DNA of 64,000 nt, from positions 2,604,001-2,668,000 of the forward strand of contig NC_000964.3 of the NCBI RefSeq assembly GCF_000009045.1, read 5' to 3'. The notes under the pieces were generated by a model. It worked only from the letters and a program-made list of their open reading frames with translations, was not told the DNA's origin and ran no database searches. This document shows, in pieces, positions 61,436-64,000 of the stretch. The stretch is from Bacillus subtilis subsp. subtilis str. 168. Lineage in GTDB: Bacteria; Bacillota; Bacilli; Bacillales; Bacillaceae. Each line of letters starts with the position of its first letter. The first letter of the stretch is position 1. The translations under genes were made by a program, and so were the position numbers.

Positions 61436-61858
61436 TTAGCCAGCAGCTTTGTCTGCGTTATTCTTACTCTGTTCTTTTTCGTTCTCAATTGTTTGTAATC
61501 GATCTGTTATTGATGATGGTATTTTAACACCAATCTGTGCTAAGTTTTCAGTTATTGACAAACCTTCATTAGCGATATAAAAAAGAACGGTACCAAAGGT
61601 TAAGACACCGTTCAAATTGAGTACTGTATCAATCACGTTTGCTAAAATGACCGCAAAGAAATTGAGTAGCTTGCGGACATAGCCAAACCATGCGCTTCGA
61701 CTTCGCAGTTTTTTGAATTTCCATGCCTTGATTACTCCTGTTAAAACGTCAATTATGCTAAGTACTAGAAGTAAATCAAGGTACTTCACCCCTCCAAATA
61801 AATATACTCTTGCTAAATCTAATGTTTCAAAATTGATAAACAAACTTGTCTCCTCCAT
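61436..61858 (-). CDS. yqxH: Phage holin (phi29 gp14 / toxin-secretion holin type)
   Basis: ATG 61858 (140 aa); IIDVLTGVIKA, GYVRK, ANEGLSITENLAQIGV. Confidence 0.9.
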   Translation of the reverse strand: MEETSLFINFETLDLARVYLFGGVKYLDLLLVLSIIDVLTGVIKAWKFKKLRSRSAWFGYVRKLLNFFAVILANVIDTVLNLNGVLTFGTVLFYIANEGLSITENLAQIGVKIPSSITDRLQTIENEKEQSKNNADKAAG

Positions 61859-61902
61859 TCTAATCACCTCCTCCGAGGCAAATAAAAAAGGACAGCCGGA
61901 TC

Positions 61903-62796
61903 TTATGAGACGGCCGTCCCTCTAACTGAAAAGTTTCCATTTGTTAAAGCTGTAAGCTCCATAACAATTTCTTTAAAGCCAGTAATGCTAAAAGACCAAG
62001 CTTCTGATTTTCCTTTTGTGCTAGTGGCAAACGTTCCGTCATCCACTTTCTGCCCTCTAAGGGCTCTTTTTGTTCCCGATAAGGATTTACCCCAGAACTT
62101 CAATTCACTTGTCTCAGCCGTCCCATAAACCTCAATGAGCAACGTTTTGAATGATCCAACGGTGAATGGGTTACCCTCACCTATGGTTTCTGTTTTATCG
62201 TGAAAGACAATATCCATTGTTTTTGATTGAGTGTCTAATGAGCTAAGATTCAAGCCTTCAGTTTGAACTTTTAAACGACCATCATTAGTTAACCCGCTTT
62301 TATCTAACTGGACTGAGAACGGAGCAACTGCTGTAATAGGAACAGTATGGTTAATGTTTATATCCTCTTCACCTGCGCCCAATGACTGGTAAAGTAAGAA
62401 TTCAGATTGCTGCAGGTTACCATTTGCGTATCTGAAACGGAAATATCGTTTAGTTAAATGAATCCACTCAGTCTCGCCAAGCGTATTTGCTTTAACAACC
62501 AATGAAGAGATTGTGGTCCATGAATTCATATCGTTACTTTCTTCAATGAATAAGGTACCTTCACGATCAGAATAAGCGTGACCTTTTACTTTTGAAATTA
62601 AAACCTGACCTAATCGATCTTGTCCATATTGCGTGTAGACTTCAGTGGCTTTTAAAACTGCGTTCGTCAGCAGCTCTGAATTACCGGAGATTGAAGCTAC
62701 CGGCACAACAAAATCTCTGTTTCCTTCTCTGTATGGCTTGGCTGCCCCCGGCTTACCAGTTGCATCTGTTGAAAATTGAAAACTATATGATGCCAT
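61903..62796 (-). CDS. yqxG: XepA-like phage lysis-module protein
   Basis: 297 aa; two beta-rich domains; position upstream of holin and endolysin as for PBSX xepA. Confidence 0.8.
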   Translation of the reverse strand: MASYSFQFSTDATGKPGAAKPYREGNRDFVVPVASISGNSELLTNAVLKATEVYTQYGQDRLGQVLISKVKGHAYSDREGTLFIEESNDMNSWTTISSLVVKANTLGETEWIHLTKRYFRFRYANGNLQQSEFLLYQSLGAGEEDININHTVPITAVAPFSVQLDKSGLTNDGRLKVQTEGLNLSSLDTQSKTMDIVFHDKTETIGEGNPFTVGSFKTLLIEVYGTAETSELKFWGKSLSGTKRALRGQKVDDGTFATSTKGKSEAWSFSITGFKEIVMELTALTNGNFSVRGTAVS

Positions 62797-62883
62797 TATA
62801 AATCCTCCTTGCTATTGTAGATCATTAGTGGTGAGCATGGGTTTACAACGGAACCACCTCCTTTAAGGAAAAATAAAAAAGCC

Positions 62884-63048
62884 CTAAATGGCTTCTCCTG
62901 TGATCTCTTTATACTGTTCAGCTGTAATGAGTTTTTTCTCTATTCCTTCCTGTAAATCTTCGGGCGAACAATCTTTGAGATGAATTGCCTGTTTCACCAT
63001 TTCAGAAGAAGCCCAGTTATAATGCAAAGCCAGCACCCAATAATTCAT
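62884..63048 (-). CDS. yqcE: XkdX-like small phage protein (54 aa)
   Basis: Read by hand: MNYWVLALHYNWASSEMVKQAIHLKDCSPEDLQEGIEKKLITAEQYKEITGEAI*; ITxEQYKEITG is the XkdX signature; start overlaps the yqcD stop. Confidence 0.85.
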   Translation of the reverse strand: MNYWVLALHYNWASSEMVKQAIHLKDCSPEDLQEGIEKKLITAEQYKEITGEAI

Positions 63049-63380
63049 GAACCTTGCCCTCCTTGTAGAGTAAGCAGTTGCAACTTTATTTTTGAAAGCT
63101 CGCTTCCCAAAGTTTGGTTTAATTCTTCAAGCTGTTTACGAGCCAGTTTTTCCTGTGACAACTCTCTTGCAAGTAGATCCACTTGAACTGGTGGTTCATA
63201 TGCAGATGTACTCTGAAGCTCTTCCCACCAAGTTTTTAACTCTGCTTCCGTGGGTATAGGTGCCCTAATATTCCACTCTGCTATATATGAGGGAGTTCCA
63301 TCACCATTATTCTGGACAATAAAATCCTTTGTGGGATCAGCTGTTGGGTATTTAAAAAGAATAGCTTCACCTATATTCAT
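63045..63380 (-). CDS. yqcD: XkdW-like phage tail protein
   Basis: 111 aa; DFIVQNNGDG...IAEWNIRAPIPTEAEL then a coiled coil. Confidence 0.85.
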   Translation of the reverse strand: MNIGEAILFKYPTADPTKDFIVQNNGDGTPSYIAEWNIRAPIPTEAELKTWWEELQSTSAYEPPVQVDLLARELSQEKLARKQLEELNQTLGSELSKIKLQLLTLQGGQGS

Positions 63381-63389
63381 CGTTACCTC

Positions 63390-64000
63390 CTAAAATCTTG
63401 GATAGTTTCGGCCTCCAAGTTCTTGTATATCAAAAAAGTTAAATACACCATTTTTATCATCTACTGCCCTTTTCAGTGTTTCGTCTCCTCCGTAATTACA
63501 GTAGCACCAGATTTCAACGTAATCTCCTTTATTCATGGGTACAGTCGCATTGCCGTTTAAACCAAGATTCATCCCATTATCCTTTTCCTGAAAGTCTCCT
63601 CTTACATGGTGCAGTGTTTTATATGCTTTTCCATTTAGGTAAACCTTCAAATGAAAGTTTATATAAGATGTATAATTTAAGGTATATATACTTGCCCCGA
63701 TTAAGTACATTCCATCGTTCGGAGCAATAAATCGATTGTTTTTAGTATCAAAAGCATTATGGCTATCCTTGATGACCCTGTTAAATGCAATTTTAGTGTG
63801 ATCAATCTTTTTTAAATACTGAACACCTGTAGTTCCAATATTCGCATGAGCAAAACCTGATATCTTTTGCCACGGAGTCCAGCCTGAACCACTCCACCAG
63901 TGTCTAATCCAAACTCCTGTACTGTCATAGTAAGTCCCAGACTCATTCCCTGTTCCGTAAAAGTATTGAGTGAAACGGTAATTATTATATTTTTCATTTT
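63390..64000 (-). CDS. yqcC: Tail fibre protein (XkdV-like), 3' part only; the gene starts beyond the window
   Basis: The frame is open from 63998 to the TAG at 63392-63390 (NEKYNNYRFTQYFYGTG...WTPWQKI...FDTKNNRFIAPNDGMYLIGA...); the track ORF 63390..63710 is its internal-ATG tail. Confidence 0.8.
   Translation of the reverse strand, partial: NEKYNNYRFTQYFYGTGNESGTYYDSTGVWIRHWWSGSGWTPWQKISGFAHANIGTTGVQYLKKIDHTKIAFNRVIKDSHNAFDTKNNRFIAPNDGMYLIGASIYTLNYTSYINFHLKVYLNGKAYKTLHHVRGDFQEKDNGMNLGLNGNATVPMNKGDYVEIWCYCNYGGDETLKRAVDDKNGVFNFFDIQELGGRNYPRF

Larger units (their letters stand above)
49329..64000. mobile_element. skin (sigK-intervening) prophage-like element, left part; continues beyond the window
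   Basis: Interrupts sigK; large serine recombinase at the junction; AT-rich cargo (ars, rap-phr, LXG toxin) and PBSX-like lysis/tail genes. Confidence 0.95.

Overview
This window is recognisably Bacillus subtilis 168-type chromosome (from memory roughly 2.60-2.67 Mb; no database was consulted). Most genes lie on the - strand. Bases 1 to ~48,900 are core genome: yqfL-ccpN, T-box-controlled glyQS, recO-yqzL-era-cdd-dgkA-ybeY-pgpH-phoH, sporulation genes yqfCD, the sigmaW operon yqeZ-floA-yqfB, rpsU-yqeY, yqeW, the CIRCE-controlled heat-shock operon hrcA-grpE-dnaK-dnaJ-prmA-rsmE-mtaB, lepA-hemN, gpr-spoIIP-yqxA, rpsT, holA, the comE operon with antisense comER, the yqeG-yqeH-aroE-yqeI-nadD-yqeK-rsfS-yqeM operon, sda, yqeF, cwlH, yqeD, yqeC, yqeB and nucB. 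At 49,329-49,333 (AATGA core) the sigK gene is interrupted by the skin prophage-like element, which runs off the right edge. The skin part carries the serine recombinase spoIVCA, the arsenic-resistance operon, yqcI, rapE-phrE, the LXG toxin/immunity pair yqcG-yqcF, yqxI-yqxJ and a PBSX-like lysis/tail module (cwlA, holin, XepA-like, XkdX/XkdW-like, partial tail fibre). I found no rRNA, tRNA or CRISPR array. The best second-look items are all in or near skin or sda: (i) yqzI is the 5' half of a frameshifted ~137-aa orphan immunity-like gene; (ii) yqxI-yqxJ has the architecture of a secreted bacteriocin-like precursor plus cytoplasmic immunity protein; (iii) a 64-aa ORF with its own SD, sigmaE-like -10 and SpoIIID box overlaps the start of spoIVCA (candidate recombination directionality factor); (iv) an anti-SD hairpin and two long hairpins lie between yqcI and rapE; (v) a third ArsR-type operator with promoter elements lies inside the ars operon; (vi) there is a 30-aa YjcZ/SscA-like membrane peptide gene next to sda, and sda itself appears set up for an ATT start. 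All motif coordinates were read by eye.
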